NCBI RefSeq assembly: GCF_018350175.1
Contig: NC_058368.1
Span: forward strand, 201,316,001 to 201,380,000
DNA length: 64,000 nt
Reading direction: 5' to 3'
Origin: Felis catus
Lineage: Eukaryota
Shown in pieces: positions 1 through 13,679 of this stretch. The number at the start of each line of letters is the position of its first letter. The first letter of the stretch is position 1. The notes beneath the pieces were generated by a model, which had not been told where the DNA came from, ran no database searches, and was given only the letters and a program-made list of their open reading frames with translations. The position numbers were made by a program, and so were the translations under genes.

Positions 1-122
1 TTATTCTTCAATAAAATTTGACTATTCATTCAAGGCCAAGTGATATAGAAAGACAAAATATGTTATACCTTCCTATATATTCTTTGCTTGATACTGTAAT
101 TAATAAAAACTAGGTCAGAGAT

Positions 123-330
123 GGGGCATCTGGGTGGCTCAGTCAGTTGAGCATCCTACTCTTGATTTCAGCTCAGGTCATGATCCCAGTGTCGTGGTAT
201 TGAGCCCCGCATTCGTGCTGAGTGTGGAGTATTCTTAAGATTCTCTCTCTCCCTCTCTCTCTCTCTCTCTGTCCCCCCTCCTCCTCGTCCTCCTCTCCCC
301 CACTCCCTCTTTCTCTTTAAAGAAAAAAAA
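123..330 (+). mobile_element. CanSINE (tRNA-derived carnivore SINE), older copy
   Basis: GGGGCATCTGGGTGGCTCAGTCAGTTGAG head, (CT)n tract, A tail; degenerate TSD aaaactaggtcagaga / aaaactgtatcagaga. Confidence 0.9.
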
Positions 331-1349
331 ACTGTATCAGAGAAACTGGGTGGTATACTAGAGGCAGATTCATGGTATTTACATAGTTGTCACTCAAAAT
401 ATCTTCAACATTTACTTCACCTTTGTTTCCTTTTTATTAAACAGCCATTATTATTTTTAAGTAGTGGGTGAATAAGTCTTGGGTTTGGGGTTGGAACTAA
501 ATTCTGTATTTTGGCTCAGCCTCTTTGTTGACATTTTGCTTTCAAAAATTGGGGTTCATTTTAGAGAAGCCATTTTATGTTTCTCATTCTGTTTTCAGTT
601 CTGTAATGTCAGGATAATAATGCTGACTTACTTGTTTTGTAAGGTAGAGGCAAAGAGATTACCCTTTACTTACAAGTATCTCTGAATTTCAAGTAATTTT
701 CTTGGAAAATTGACAACTATTATTGATATATATACCATAAAATATATTACTGATAATATATATTATATAGTAACATATAACATATCCCATAGTATAAATT
801 ATTAATATATATCATAATTGCCAACTGATGTGTATTGGGTGATAAATTCTATACTGTAAGATTAGAAAGAGATACATTGAAAACTTATTGGAGAGAGAAG
901 GTATACACAAAAAGATATACTTAGTACATATTGGATAGACGGAGAATCAAATAATACAAAAGCAATAATTAATATGGGATTTCAAAGGGGAGGACCATTA
1001 CCCACTCCAGTGCATTCTGGAAAATTCTTATGGGAATGGTGGGAGGCAAAATGAGCCTTGAAATAAGAGTAGGAAGGACCTGGAAAAATAAAGAGAATAA
1101 AGGACATTTTTGACAAGCAAAGAAGTAGAAAGAGTCAGGAATTTGTAGATTTTCAATGTGTATAATGAACTACAAGGACATCAATTTGGCTAGACTTTAG
1201 ATCATTTATATGTGGTATTATTAGAAAATAAAGTTAAAAGTAGTACATATTGTCAAGAATATAGAGAATCTTGAATGCTGGGGTAATCACTTACTAAATA
1301 GTCATAACAGGAATTGCAGGCTTTCTAAATAACTATGCTGTGAATAATT

Positions 1350-1455
1350 AACTCAATCATCTGCAAAGACCTATTTCCAAATAAGATCACATTCATAGGT
1401 ACTGGAAGTTGAGACCTCAACATCCTTAGTGGGGACATGGTTCAATCCACTATAG
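1350..1455 (-). mobile_element. MLT1 (MaLR) LTR fragment
   Basis: ctgcaaagacctatttccaaataagatcacattc...ggggacatggttcaatccactata resembles the reverse complement of an MLT1 LTR 5' end (recalled consensus). Confidence 0.65.
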
Positions 1456-2449
1456 TATCCAATTGCTTTCCATGTTTATAGAGACAGTTGGAAATGAATC
1501 CCTTCTGATTCCAAAGTAATCCACAGCTACAGAAATAAAACTCAGCTTTCCTGTCTTCATTAGGTCGTTCCTTCACTCAACTCCATTATGTATCCATTCT
1601 TAGATTAAACCTCTTTATCCAAATGATTGCTAAGTGAAATATACAAAATCTTCAGGGTGGTGCACCAAGTGTAGAACTGTTCCATGGAGGAAAAGCCTTT
1701 GCTGCCATAGGGTTAAGAGAAGAGTTCACGGGACGTGAAGATAGTATTTTTATTTTGTAAGGCCAGATACATACAATGCCATCCACTTGAGTTATGCTGC
1801 TTTCTGTGTCAAAGATTGACATGAATTATATGTTGTTGTGTCTGACCACAAAGAGCAAAATGGCTCCAGCCTCTTGTGCCACCCTTGCGTGGACATTCTT
1901 GATTTTTCTCCATGGTTGTTATAGATAAAAGATACAACATTACACCTGAATGTGCTTCATGATAGCATGCTATAACAGGAATAATACGTTGATCAGCCTT
2001 CAGAAGTCAAAAATGACCACCACAGAAAAATGGTTGGCCAGAGTTATTATCTAAACAATCTAAGTAGTTATGTGTGAGCCACAGGGTATGGAGCATAATA
2101 GCCCTGTCTAGACTCAGCACTTGCATAATGATTTATTGCTGTCTTTTCTGCACTAGCTGGTCAAGCAAATTGTTGATGACCTCCTTAATGGGTGTTTCCA
2201 TGACATAGCCACAACCAGACAAATCTTGGCATTCTTAAAACACAAGATTTGAGAAATCTTATTTTTTAACCCTTTGAAGTGATTGGAAGAGTTTGGTTTA
2301 TATTTGCAAAGAGTGAGTTCTTTGACGAAAGTCATTGGATAAATGCTGTCTCATCATTTCCTGTCAGTGGCAGAGGAAAACGAATAGTAAGTCAACAAAC
2401 ATAGGCACCCATTATATTGCAGAACACTCTTATAGAAGAGCAATACAAT

Positions 2450-2680
2450 GAGCCGAAGTGGAAAGACTATGAACTTCAGTGGCAGATTAGATCTGGGTTT
2501 GAATTTTGGTACAGGTATTTATTAAGCTGTGTGACCTCAGAGCCACACTCTAAACATGAACTATAAAGAAATGTCTCCACTGTAGAATTGTGGGGACTAA
2601 GTGCCATGAGATATGTAAAGATGGTGGAAAAATGATAATCATAGGTAAGAATTCAACAAATGGCAGCTATTACTGTTACG
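2450..2680 (+). mobile_element. MIR SINE, degraded
   Basis: atctgggtttgaat...agctgtgtgacct...taagaattcaacaaatggcagctatta are typical MIR motifs. Confidence 0.65.
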
Positions 2681-2766
2681 AGAAGGATGAATCACACTGA
2701 ATTTTTTTCTCTTTTATAAGTTTGACATGGCAATATTTTTGGAAATGTGCATTTAAAAGCTCCTCC

Positions 2767-3010
2767 GGGGACGCCTGGGTGGCTCAGTCGGTTGAGCGGC
2801 CAACTTCGCCTCAGGTCATGATCTCGCAGTTCGTGAGTTCGAGCCCCACATCGGGCTCTGTGCTGACAGCTCAGAGCCTGGAGCTTGTTTCAGATTCTGT
2901 GTCTCCCTCTCTCTGACTCTCCCCTGTTCATGCTCTGTCTCTCCCTGTCTCAAAAATAAAAATAAAAAAAAACTCATTAAATTGTTTAAAAAAATAAAAA
3001 ATAAAAAAAA
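2767..3010 (+). mobile_element. CanSINE (SINEC_Fc-like), first of tandem pair
   Basis: Full head to A tail; TSD taaaagctcct at 2754-2764 and 3011-3021. Confidence 0.95.
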
Positions 3011-3023
3011 TAAAAGCTCCTAC

Positions 3024-3246
3024 GGGGGTTGCCTGGGTGGCTCAGTCAGATAAGCATCTGACTCTTAATTTAGGCTCAGGTCATGATCTCAGAGTTCACG
3101 GGATCAAACCCTGCATCGGGATCTGTGGTAACAGCATGGAGCCTGCTTAGGATTCTCTCTCTCCCTGTCTCTGCCCCTTCTCCACTTATGTTTGCACATG
3201 CACATGTTCTCACTCTCTCTCAGAATAAATAAACATTTAAAAAAAA
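3024..3246 (+). mobile_element. CanSINE, older subfamily, second of tandem pair
   Basis: Full head to A tail; TSD taaaagctcct at 3011-3021 and 3247-3257. Confidence 0.93.
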
Positions 3247-3409
3247 TAAAAGCTCCTATCGAACCTATGATTTGCACGTATTTCTCTGGTGGGTTAGCTG
3301 CTCTTAATCATATCCCTGGCCTGGTTTCTTGACAGAAAATGACACTGTGTTTTCCGTAAACTTTACACTATTTCCCTTTTTCCCTTTTGGATTTTAGTTT
3401 ATAGTTGCT

Positions 3410-3740
3410 AGTTTGGGTTCCCCAGGTTAGACTCTGAGAAGAGGATTCAGGTACAAGAGAATATTAAGTTCTCCCAGGAGAAAATGGTGAAGGACTGTGG
3501 GACGCAGGACACAGAAGAAGAGAGAAGCTAAGAAGAATGCCACGTCAGGCAAAGTCCCATGTAGGATCCCTTCAGGCGGGAACCACAGAAGAGCTCTAGG
3601 ATATAAGCTGGGCCCAGAGTCGTTCCCACCTTAGAAAAGGAAGCTGGGCTTTCCTACTCCATTACTAATCAATCCTTGACTAAGGCATCGGGGGCTAGTG
3701 GTATAAGGAACACAAGAGGGTCTGGAAACATCTCTACAGT
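3410..3740. mobile_element. Ancient LTR-like relic (ERVL-type, subfamily unresolved)
   Basis: ttgggttccccag...gactctgagaagaggattc...tcccaggag...aaagtccc...gagctct motif order, shared with the copies at ~20210 and ~22380. Confidence 0.5.
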
Positions 3741-4414
3741 GTTTGCTGCAAATACAGCCTGCAGAAACCTGTTTCTGTGGATGTTTATACTACCTATACA
3801 TTTAAGGAATGCCTATAGTGTGTTTATATAAACACACACAGATGAGGACTGCAATTCCCTGGCTTCGACAACTTCTTCAACTTCTACAATTTCAACTTCT
3901 ATTTCTACTTCAGAAATTAGAAAAATGAGGTATGAGGTCAGATATCTTGTAATGGCAGATCTGGGAAAAGAAGTAGGAGAGTCATTTCTAACACAGTAAC
4001 TCTTCTAACTTCTCTTGAATGTTTTCTTTATCTCTAACAGGAATTATAATGTCATCTAGCACTAGTCATGGAAAAAAATAACAGATAACAAACACCAAAA
4101 AATGCAAATCAAACTAAGGCAATTTATGAAATGTATGTAAAGATAGTACTAAACTTTTGTCATCATAACATCATTTCTCTCTTAATTAAATTTAAATAGA
4201 AATGATTCACTGAATGGTCTATTATTTCTAAGGCATACAATTTATAGGAATTGTGATATATGCTGTTAATAATGCAACAATTAAAGTCAATAATAAGATT
4301 TATGTTTGACGAATCCTATAACCAAATTATTTTACTTTGGGCAAAATATTAACCTTAGGAGGGGCTTTGTTCACATCCTTGTGAAAGGTTTCTCTTTCTA
4401 TAATGTAGCCTCTG

Positions 4415-4641
4415 GGACACCTGGGTGGCTCAGTCGGTTAAGTGTCCGATTTCAGCGTAGGTCATGATCTCACAATCTGTGAGTTCGAGCCCCGCGCCGG
4501 GCTCTGTACTGACAGCTCAGATCCTGGAGCCTGCTTCAGATTCTGTGTCTCCCTCTCTCTCTGCCCCTCCCCTGTTCATGCTCTGTCTCTCTCTGTCTCA
4601 AAAATAAATAAAAACATTTTTAAAAATTTTTAAAAATATAC
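4415..4641 (+). mobile_element. CanSINE (SINEC_Fc-like)
   Basis: Full element; TSD aatgtagcctctg at 4402-4414 and 4642-4654. Confidence 0.95.
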
Positions 4642-5899
4642 AATGTAGCCTCTGAGTTTATGAAGGTAACTCATTCTTTCTGATATTTTGTTCCAAACAT
4701 AGAACAATTTACTTAATAATTAAGAAGCTAATCACTCTTACAGAATTGTCAAAATTGATGTTTTACAATCTTGCAACATTCCAGGCTCTTCCCCCCCCCC
4801 AAAAAAAAAAGAAAATAGAATGAAAGATAATAAAAACTGGACACGCATTTTAGACAACATGTACAGGACTTTATCTCTACGATTATGTGTCTTGTATTTT
4901 TCCTCTTCTATTAGTTATTTTTTCTTTAGTTCAGTATTACATATATAGCTTTTCCCTTTATATCACTGTAATAAATTATTAAGTGCTCTAAATTCCTATC
5001 ATTCCCTTTTCCAATCTTTTCTGATGCTACCACCAGATTAATATATCTTAAGTGTGGGCTTCAAACACATCCTTCCATTGCCCTAAAATCTCCAATGGCT
5101 CCCCACTGCTCACCTTGTGGTACCCTCACGTTTAATTTTTTCAATGATGAAATCCCCTAATCTACTCTTTCAGATTTTCCTTTAACTTCCTTTTGTTCCA
5201 GCTATTTAGAACATCTTTCCCACCTCTCTGTCTTTGTTCTCCCTAAATTGTCTCCACTTTGCTCACTGTCTGTTGAAATTGTACCCAGCTGATAACACCC
5301 CAAAATGTGATTATTTCTGAGTTGTGGTGATTTTATTGTTGTTTTTATGATTTTGTGTACTTCCTGAGATATCTATAATGAGTATGTGCTTTCAAGATTC
5401 CGGATAGAACTATAAGATTTACAAATAATGTTAATCTTTTAAGAACTATCTCCTGTATCACCTACTTCCTGCCGCCTTCATTTGTCCTCCCAATCAGACC
5501 GGCTCCCTTCCGCTCCCTGAACCCTGCCTGCCTCCCATTTCCATCCTCCCCCACATGCCCTTTCCCGAGGTACCCCTCCGCACCCCACCCTTGCTCTGCG
5601 AGGCTCCTTCTGTCCTCCACGCTGCATCACAGTGCCTATGAATTTCATCTTTATCACTGGAAAGTGAGCGGCTTCAAGGCTTCTCTTTTGCTGTAGGGTT
5701 TGATTTATTCTAAATGGGCAGCATTTAGCTCTCATGCTGATTTTTAGCTAAATGTGAGTAAAAGAGAAGATTCTTAGAAGACTCTTGATTTATATAATTT
5801 CCAGAAAATAGCTTTACAAATGTAACATTTTTCTGCCTGGTGAAAGTGGAAATCAAGCAAAGGATCCCAAATCTTCTCCAAAGAAAAGCCCTAGACTTC

Positions 5900-6110
5900 T
5901 TACTAGATTTGGCTATTTACTGGCTGTGCCATATCAGGCCAATTACTTAAACTTTTGAAACCTCTCAGGTAATTCATCTGTAAAAGAAAGATAACATTAG
6001 AACCTATTATTCAGAGTCATGGTGAGGATTAAATGAGTTGATACACTTAAAGCACTGAGACCAGTACCTGTCATGTGGTAAGTTTCCATAAATACTAGCC
6101 ATTATTACTA
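5900..6110 (+). mobile_element. MIR SINE
   Basis: ttcatctgtaaaag...gtgaggattaaatgagttgatacacttaaagcact MIR core and 3' end. Confidence 0.8.
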
Positions 6111-6579
6111 GGAATAACCTTGCCCTATGTCACTGTAGCATGTATCACAGGTTGTCAGATGAAAGCAAAACATTAAGACTCAACCCAGAGTTCCTATGCT
6201 TATACAAGTGGGTGTTTCTTTGTGCCTATATCCTGTCAAATGCACCTTGCAAAATTTAATGCTGACATTTTATAGAATAAAAAAGAGGAAAATAAATCCC
6301 CAATGTTTTCTAGGACTTTACTAAATGACTTTCCACCATCCCAGTGCTAAAAATTGACAGTTATGTGCCTGGTCTTTTTTCCCTCCAGAACTAGAATGGC
6401 TTTATTAACTTTGCTGATTATAAATACAATATCTTTGCTGAATATAGATAAAATAAATAAAATAATTTAACAATATAAATTAGTGTAAAGCAGTTCATGA
6501 ACGTATCCCATGCCAAACTAAGTGTATTACAATATCTATATGTCTAAAAACACACACTCATACAAACAGTTGTAAACAT

Positions 6580-7070
6580 ATTTTTTGTAGCCTATTCCCC
6601 AGTTTTCTTTCCTTTTCATTAGTTACATATCATTACCATCTTCCTATGTCAGTGCAAATGGATCTACATCATTCTTTTTAATGGCTATATATTCATTAAA
6701 TAAATGACCAATATTGTATTGATAGGCATTGAGGACATTATCCAGCTGTTCGTTGTTATAAGCAACAAAATCCTTTCACTTATATTTTTTGGTGCACTTC
6801 TCAATTAATACCTTGGGATAGATTCTAGTATTGGACTTACTGAATCAAAAGGCAAGCACATTTAAAATGTTAATAGACAAGGCAAATTGCCTTCCAGAAA
6901 ATTAGACCAATTAGCACCTCTAGCAACAATGTATGGAAGTCTCCATTTTTCCACTTTTGATCACATTGGATATTATCATTATTATTAATTTTGCAAATCT
7001 GATTATTAGGTAATCTTCTATTTTAATGGATCATCTGCAGTTTTTCTTTTGCAAAATGCCCAGTTAATCT
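6580..7070 (-). mobile_element. Ancient L1 (L1M/L1ME-like) 3' fragment
   Basis: cattcttttaatggct...aaattgccttccagaaa...agcaacaatgtatg: degenerate antisense L1 ORF2 end/3'UTR motifs. Confidence 0.65.
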
Positions 7071-8315
7071 TCAGTTCTTTAATCAGAACATTAACCCTAA
7101 AATAGCACAGACTGAATTTATTAATTGCTCTGGATATGTTTATTTTAGTAATTAATTCAACTTCCTATCCCCCATAAACACAGATGCATTTTAGGGAGTA
7201 TTTGCATTTATTTTCTACTTAGTATTCTTTAAAAATGTACTCAAGCATTGTGTTTTCTTTTTCACTCCCACAACACCATCCCCCAAATCCCTCACTCTGT
7301 CAAGATAATGATACTCTTGATGATGGCAAAGAAATAGGAAGACCACAGCATTTGCATCTCAGATGTAATATTGCTAATATAAAAGAACTGTTACCTCCTT
7401 TCTTTTACAGGGCATGTGATGCTGGGATATTGCTAAGGAAATTCTCATTGAGTCTAATATTTAGAGAATACTCCCGTTTCTATTTGTAATGAGGTACACA
7501 AACACAAAAATTATGTTAGGACACAGGCTTAAAGGATTAGCAATGTTTTAAAAACAGTTGTCAGACTCATGTGAAACACCTGGTGAAATGTGAATTTTTT
7601 TGCCTGAATAGTTCTAACATTAGTACTGCAAAAATATTAGTAACTCTTCTCTTCTAAAAATCTGCACTCTGTAGAAGCAAAATAATTATATGACGATCTG
7701 TCATTAAGTTTAAGGCATACATTTTTAGCTAATTCTTCTGTATCTTTTACTTGAATTATGAGTAATATATGTATTATTGGGAAATCAGGAATTTTGAATC
7801 ATATTAGTAGGTCTGTTATTGATTTTGGGGCTCCGGGTAATTACACAAACTTCGTCTCCAAACTTTCTTTGTCTCCACAATGAAATAATTAAACTACATA
7901 TTATTGAAGACATATCAAGTTGTATCATGTTACCATATCATGGTGCCATATCACCATGATGGTTTTAGAGGATATGTACCATTCAGGAATACAGTTTAAT
8001 GTAATTTAGGCTGAAAATAAAAAGCTTGAACCATAACAGAGCAGCTGTATCCTTATACCTGGAGTAAACTTTTCTAACATTTGAAATCTTTAAAATTTTA
8101 ACCAAAAATCTTTCCATGAAAGGGACTAGCACAGAAAGAGGAAGATTTTCATGTTCTTGTTTTGTGCTTCTCTGAATAGTTTTATTTTTTTTCTCACTAT
8201 GCATATATATTACTTATTTATAAATGTCCATTGAGATTATCTACATGGAAAAACTGTAGTATTTTGATTTTGTTCTTTATATATTTCTATATTGAAAAAA
8301 AACTAATAAAACTTT

Positions 8316-8723
8316 ACTCTGTTTTTTCTATTCATTTTTTTTTCTTTTTCAAGCTTTTATTTAAATTCCATTTAACACACAGTGTAATGTTAGTTTCAGG
8401 TGTAGAATTTAGTAATTCATCACTTACATAAACACATCACAACAAGTGCCCTCCTCCATAACCCATTTAACCCATTCCCCTGCCCACCTTCCCTCCAGTA
8501 ACCTTCAGTTTATTCGCTAGAGTTAAGAGTCTGTTTTATGGTTTGCCTCTTCTCCCCATTCATGTGCATCTGTTTTGTTTCTTAAATTCCACATATGAAT
8601 GAAATCATGTTATTCATCTTTCTCTGACAGACTTATTTTGCTTAGCATAATATGCTTTAGCTCCATCCCCATTGTTGCAAATGGCAAGATTTCATTCCTT
8701 TTGATGGCTGAGTAATATTCCAT

Positions 8724-8797
<74 letters not shown>

Positions 8798-9607
8798 ACA
8801 TCTTCTTTAATTCATTCGTCAGTGGACACTTGGGCTCTTTCCATAATTTGGTTGTTGTTGATAATATTGCTCTAAACATCAGGTGTATGTTTCCCTTCAA
8901 ATCGGTATCTTTGTATCCTTTAGGTAAATACCTAATAGTGAAATTGCTGGGTCATAGGGTAGTTCTGTCTTTAACTTTCTGAGGTACCTACACATTGTTT
9001 TCCAGAGTGGCTGTGCCAGTTTGCATTACTACCAACAGTATAAAAGTATTCCCCTTTTCTCTCATACTTGCCAACATCTATTGTTTCCTGAGTTGTTAAT
9101 TTTACCCATTCTGACAGGTGTGAGGTGATATCTCATTGTAGTTTTGATTTGTATTTCCCTGATGATGAGTGATGTTGAGCATCTTTTCATATGTCTGTCA
9201 GCCATGTGAAAGTGTTCTTTGGAATAATGTCTATTCATGTATTCTGCCCATTTTTTAACTAGATTATTTGCTTTTTGAGTTCTGAAATATATTACTTACA
9301 TATTTTGGATACCCTTTATCAGATATGTCATTTGCAAATATCTTCTTCCATTCCAAAGGTTGCCTTTTAGTTCTGTTTATTATTTCTTTTGCTGTGCAGA
9401 AGCTTTTTATCTTGATGAAGTCCCAATAGTTTATTTTTGCTTTTTTTCCTTTGCCTTGGGAGACATACCTAGTAAGAGATTGTCATGGCCAATGTCAAAG
9501 AGATTACTGCCTGTGCTGTCCTCTAGGATTCTGATGGTTTCCTGTCTCACATTTAGGTCTTTCATCCATTTTGAATTTATTTTTGTGTATGGTATAAGAA
9601 AGTGGTC
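8316..9607 (-). mobile_element. 5'-truncated carnivore L1 (ORF2 C-terminus + 3'UTR + decayed polyA)
   Basis: Peptide pieces KLWKEPKCP...MEYYSAIKRNEILPFAT match the L1 ORF2 end; TSD aaaa(c/t)taataaaacttt at 8299-8315 and 9609-9625. Confidence 0.93.
8726..8796. repeat. (TG)16T(AC)19 self-complementary microsatellite inside L1
   Basis: Directly visible. Confidence 0.97.
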
Positions 9608-10041
9608 AAAAATTAATAAAACTTTAAAATCTCTTTATGGAGAGATTTGTATACATATAGAGAGTAGGAACATTCCCTGAAGTGGTGCAATGTCGACGCT
9701 CCTAGAATGAAATTCAAGACACTGGTGTTATGGTGTCTCTTCTTCTCACCCTCTGACCAAAAGAAGGTTCCCTGGCTACCTTCTTTCTTAAACTCAGCAG
9801 CACTTTATTAAGCACCTCTACTGTGATAGAGCTTTAGAGGTTCACATTCTTGTGCGGAGTTTCAGAGAATACATTATCACAACAATATGATAAACTACCA
9901 GTTTACATTTAGCAACTGCTTTTTACTAAATCCTTCATCATAATTGGCCTTAATGATCTTTCCTTTTTTTTGTAGTCTGATAGATGAAAAATACTTTCTT
10001 ACTTTATTTGATTCTTAATGAACTTTTTGCCCACCTATCTT

Positions 10042-10142
10042 TGTGTGTGTGTGCGTATGTGTGTGTGTGAGAGAGACAGAGACAGAGACAGAGTCAGAGA
10101 CAGAGTCAAAGACAAAAGAGAGACAGAAAAAGAGAGAGAGAG
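10042..10142. repeat. Compound (GT)n/(GAGACA)n/(GA)n microsatellite
   Basis: Directly visible. Confidence 0.9.
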
Positions 10143-10289
10143 TTTCTTGTGATTATATCCTTTGCCTCTAATCAAAACATATGAGAGCAAAGGGAGGGGG
10201 AACTTACAGAGCCCTATGTCTGAGGTCAGGGAAGGTTCTCCTAGCGAGACTTGAAGGATAAGTAGACAAAACAGCAGTGATGAGAAGAG

Positions 10290-10945
10290 CTATTATCTCT
10301 CAACTTGAAATCCACCTTTCCATAATTTGCTTTGCAAGGCTGGGACTAGAACTCTGACAACAGTTTTCTTTTGCCATCTGGTTCCCTGCTAGGTTTTGCC
10401 AATGGGGAACTGGAAGGAAATTAGACAGCAGGAGGGGAGACAGGATTTGAACCTTCTTCTGTACTGGCTGTTCCTCTCAAGGTCTCCCCAGCCAAACCCC
10501 TTCAGCCTGGCAGGGGGAGTGTTGGTTGTGGTTGCATCACCAGCTGGGGTTTGTTTGTTTGTTTGTTTGTTTTGTTTTTTTGTTTTTGTTTTGTTTTGGT
10601 TTTTTGGCCTTCCAAGAATCAGTTTCATCCTGACTCCTCAAAGATACCAGGAGCAGCCTACAAGTGCACCTCCTCAGGGGGCTCCCTTCTCGGCCAGCCC
10701 CCACCCACTTCCAGTGCACCAACACCTGTCTTCACAGCCCTGAATCCACGGGATTCTTCCTACAAACTACTGAGTTCTGTGAGCTCAACACAAGCCCCTT
10801 CCCTTGGTTCTTCTCAAGAAGTTGCCTCCTTTGGTCACCATCTCTCTTATACCATCCAACACCTTGGTAACTCATTTATAATAAATTCTTCCTGTTAAAA
10901 TACCTACTGAGATTTTTGTTTTTCCCAACTGGACCTGGAGTAACT
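10290..10945 (+). mobile_element. ERVL solo LTR, LTR33-like, with internal (TTTG)n at ~10549-10604
   Basis: aaatccacctttcc...ctgggact...ttgccatctggttccctgctaggttttgccaatgg at the start and aataaattcttcctgttaaaatacct...actggacc at the end match recalled LTR33 consensus. Confidence 0.7.
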
Positions 10946-13679
10946 TCTGTGGGAAAAGACGAAGTTAAGCTTTTGCTTGTTGAGGTTGAGAAGCTACAGG
11001 ACAACTGGGTTTCAAGTTTAGCAGACAGTTGGAAATACTAGCCTGGAACTCAGATGCCAGGACTCCAAATCTCAGGGTGACCTGTTTATCTCCGTAAATC
11101 TGACCTCGGTATAAATAGTCACTTCCAGCTTTAAATTTACAGATCTAGAAATGTATAGATACTTTTGTTCTGAAGATGGTTTTTTGCCCTAAGAAGAGCT
11201 GAACAGCTCACTTTTGGATATCTTAAATTATGGAGCAGTAGGAAAGTATAAACATTTAGAGAAAATCTTCAAACTTTATGCTATCAATCAAACCAGTAAT
11301 TTCGTGTGGTAATGTGGCCTCTAAAGTTTTTGGAGTGGTGGTGGAAGTGAAAATGTCCTATTATTGTGAGTGGCTTGAATGAAATCAGAGTGAAGATGTT
11401 AAATGCTCTAGCAGCCCCCAGCAGAAGAATGTAGAGTGGATGAACAGTTGCCCATTATCACTCCAGGAGAGGCTATCTTCTTTCTTCTACCAGTGTTCAT
11501 AAAAGGAAATCTAAATACTTCTGGAGAGTTTTAGACATTCGGCTAATGCCTTTTTAGATCCTGAGGATGGAAGACCAAGAAAAAGGTCAAAAAAACAAAA
11601 CACTACAAAAACCATATCATAGAATTATTAAGTCTTCAAAAACTTTTTAGTACACTCAAGACCTCTATTCCCCTTATGTTGTCAACCAATTGAAGTGGCC
11701 ATCATAGCTAATAAGCTGACATAAGATGGTACTTTTGAAAAAGACACTGCCTTTGGGAAAAACCTCTGGGTGCCTTAGGAAGGTAATAAGTTCAAGGGAA
11801 ACCTAGCTGAGACACTCCAATGATTTCAAGGCAGTTTAAATGTAATAAAATAGGCGTGAAATGCTATTAATAAGTGCTCTTAAGTCAGGCTTCCTCAGCC
11901 TGATATTTAGAGGTTTAAAGTAGAAAAACCTTTTTCAAATGCAGCAAAACATGAGGTAGAATCAAGAGCAGTGTATATAAAACCAGTCTGAGCACTGTTT
12001 TAAAGTTTATAATGTGCTACAATGACAAAGGAGCACACTCTACAGTTACAACAGATTTTTTCATTTCTTGTTTGTTACTTTAACCCTAAGCTTCTTCCTC
12101 CTTTAAGTGTCTCCCATTGTTTCATAGGCATTTGTTGGCAGGGAGTAGTTCAAGGATTTTATTGTGTTACAAGAATAGGTCTGTCAGGTGTTTTGTCTTT
12201 TTTTCTTGAGATTCTGAACTCATGTTTTATTTTTTATTGGTTCTGTTTCCAACGTGTGATTAGTTTGAGTGTATATATGCATACATATGTTGAGCAAAGA
12301 CAGAATCTATAATTCAAATCTTATAGTGGTTTGAACTTAAGTTCTGAGATGTTATGTTTTCATTTTATATATGTTTTACATATTTTTGAATTTTTAGTCT
12401 GAACTTCGTATTTAATATGTGAGCTTCTTCCATTTTTCTCATTTTTCTTTTTAATTTTATAGACAAACTAAAAGAAGAGAAGCTTTAGAAACAACATCCT
12501 TGTTTTAAGTATGAAGTGCATCCGTGTCTGGTGTAGTTAAGGCTTATGAACTCCCAAGCTGTTTCTTCATATCTAATCTCCCACATCTACGCACTGTTTA
12601 GCATTTTAATTGTTGGCTCAGAAAGAATATTTTAAAAAGGATTTCCTTACTCACTTAAAAATATACAAATACGTTGATTTTCTTTGATGTCCAGTTTTTA
12701 TTAGTGGATTGGACAAAATTATGATGGACTGACTGTCTGAACAATGACCAAGTTGGCAGAGAATAGATTATCCCAAAGCCACAGTAACCAGAAAATGTCC
12801 TTGTATTTCCAGGTCAGTTCCGTGTATCAGTTTGGGGGCTTGGACAGAAGAAAATGAAAGAATGGGCAAGATTTACCATGGATGACGATCAGAAGGAGGA
12901 ACAAAATACAAGTGGTTCAGAATCTCGTTTGGAAATGCTGGTCATATACAGTCTGTCAATGTCTTCACTGAAGAGCTTACTTACCACAACAACTGGAGGA
13001 CCAAACTGGCTGGGACAGATCTTGCCATGAGGAGATAGCTTAATCTTTTTTTACCTTGATCCTAAAGCGAAGAAACTTGTTCAGAGATAACTTCAAAGGG
13101 ATGTTTAATGAAAATAATACTGGGCTGGGGATTTGGAGAACTGATCTAATTTGTTCCTAGCTGCCAACCAGCCACCAGCAGGATGAGTCACTATTTGTGA
13201 CTCAATTTTTTCTCTCCATTAGATGGGAATTTCATTTTGTTTTAAATTTGTTACATTTGTAGTTAAAGATTTTTGTGGAAAAGCCTTCATAAAGGTTTTA
13301 AAAAGATAAAAGTTCTATATTGACCCAAAGCGTTATTAACCGAGCAACCAACATTATTATGTGAATTACTTCGTGTGCTTTGTTAACTAGTAAGAAGAGT
13401 AAGTTATAATACAGGTCTTATAATATAAACACAGAAACTTTAAAAGACATCATGGTTATGTAAAACTATGGGGTAAAATATACATGATAATAAAAATGAA
13501 AACAATTTTCAAGGGGAAAAAAAACTTTGTACATGTCAGGTAACTGCAATTGTAAACTTGTGAAATAGTTAAGGATCTTTTACCCCTCCCCCACCCCCCG
13601 TTTTTTAAGGATCTAAAAAGGGTGATTTTAATGAACCAAAATGTACCTGAATATAAGGACTCCAAGGCCAGAGGATAAA

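Noticed and set aside
2722..2916. ORFs ending ...AQVMISRSVSSSPASGSVLTAQSLEPVSDSVSPSL (also 41958, 44369, 47193, 51964, 61838)
   Set aside because: Sense-strand translation of CanSINE bodies
8610..8982. Cys/His-rich ORFs (CVCVCV...THTHTH) suggestive of a metal-binding peptide
   Set aside because: Translation of the TG/CA microsatellite within L1
10389..10898. Cluster of five overlapping ORFs up to 115 aa, one hydrophobic
   Set aside because: Lies in an LTR33-like solo LTR; the hydrophobic stretch is the (TTTG)n microsatellite
12800..13070. Possible exon (acceptor-like tttccag at ~12812 on plus; donor-like GTAAGT on minus at ~12978-12983)
   Set aside because: No consistent acceptor-ORF-donor set and no recognisable peptide
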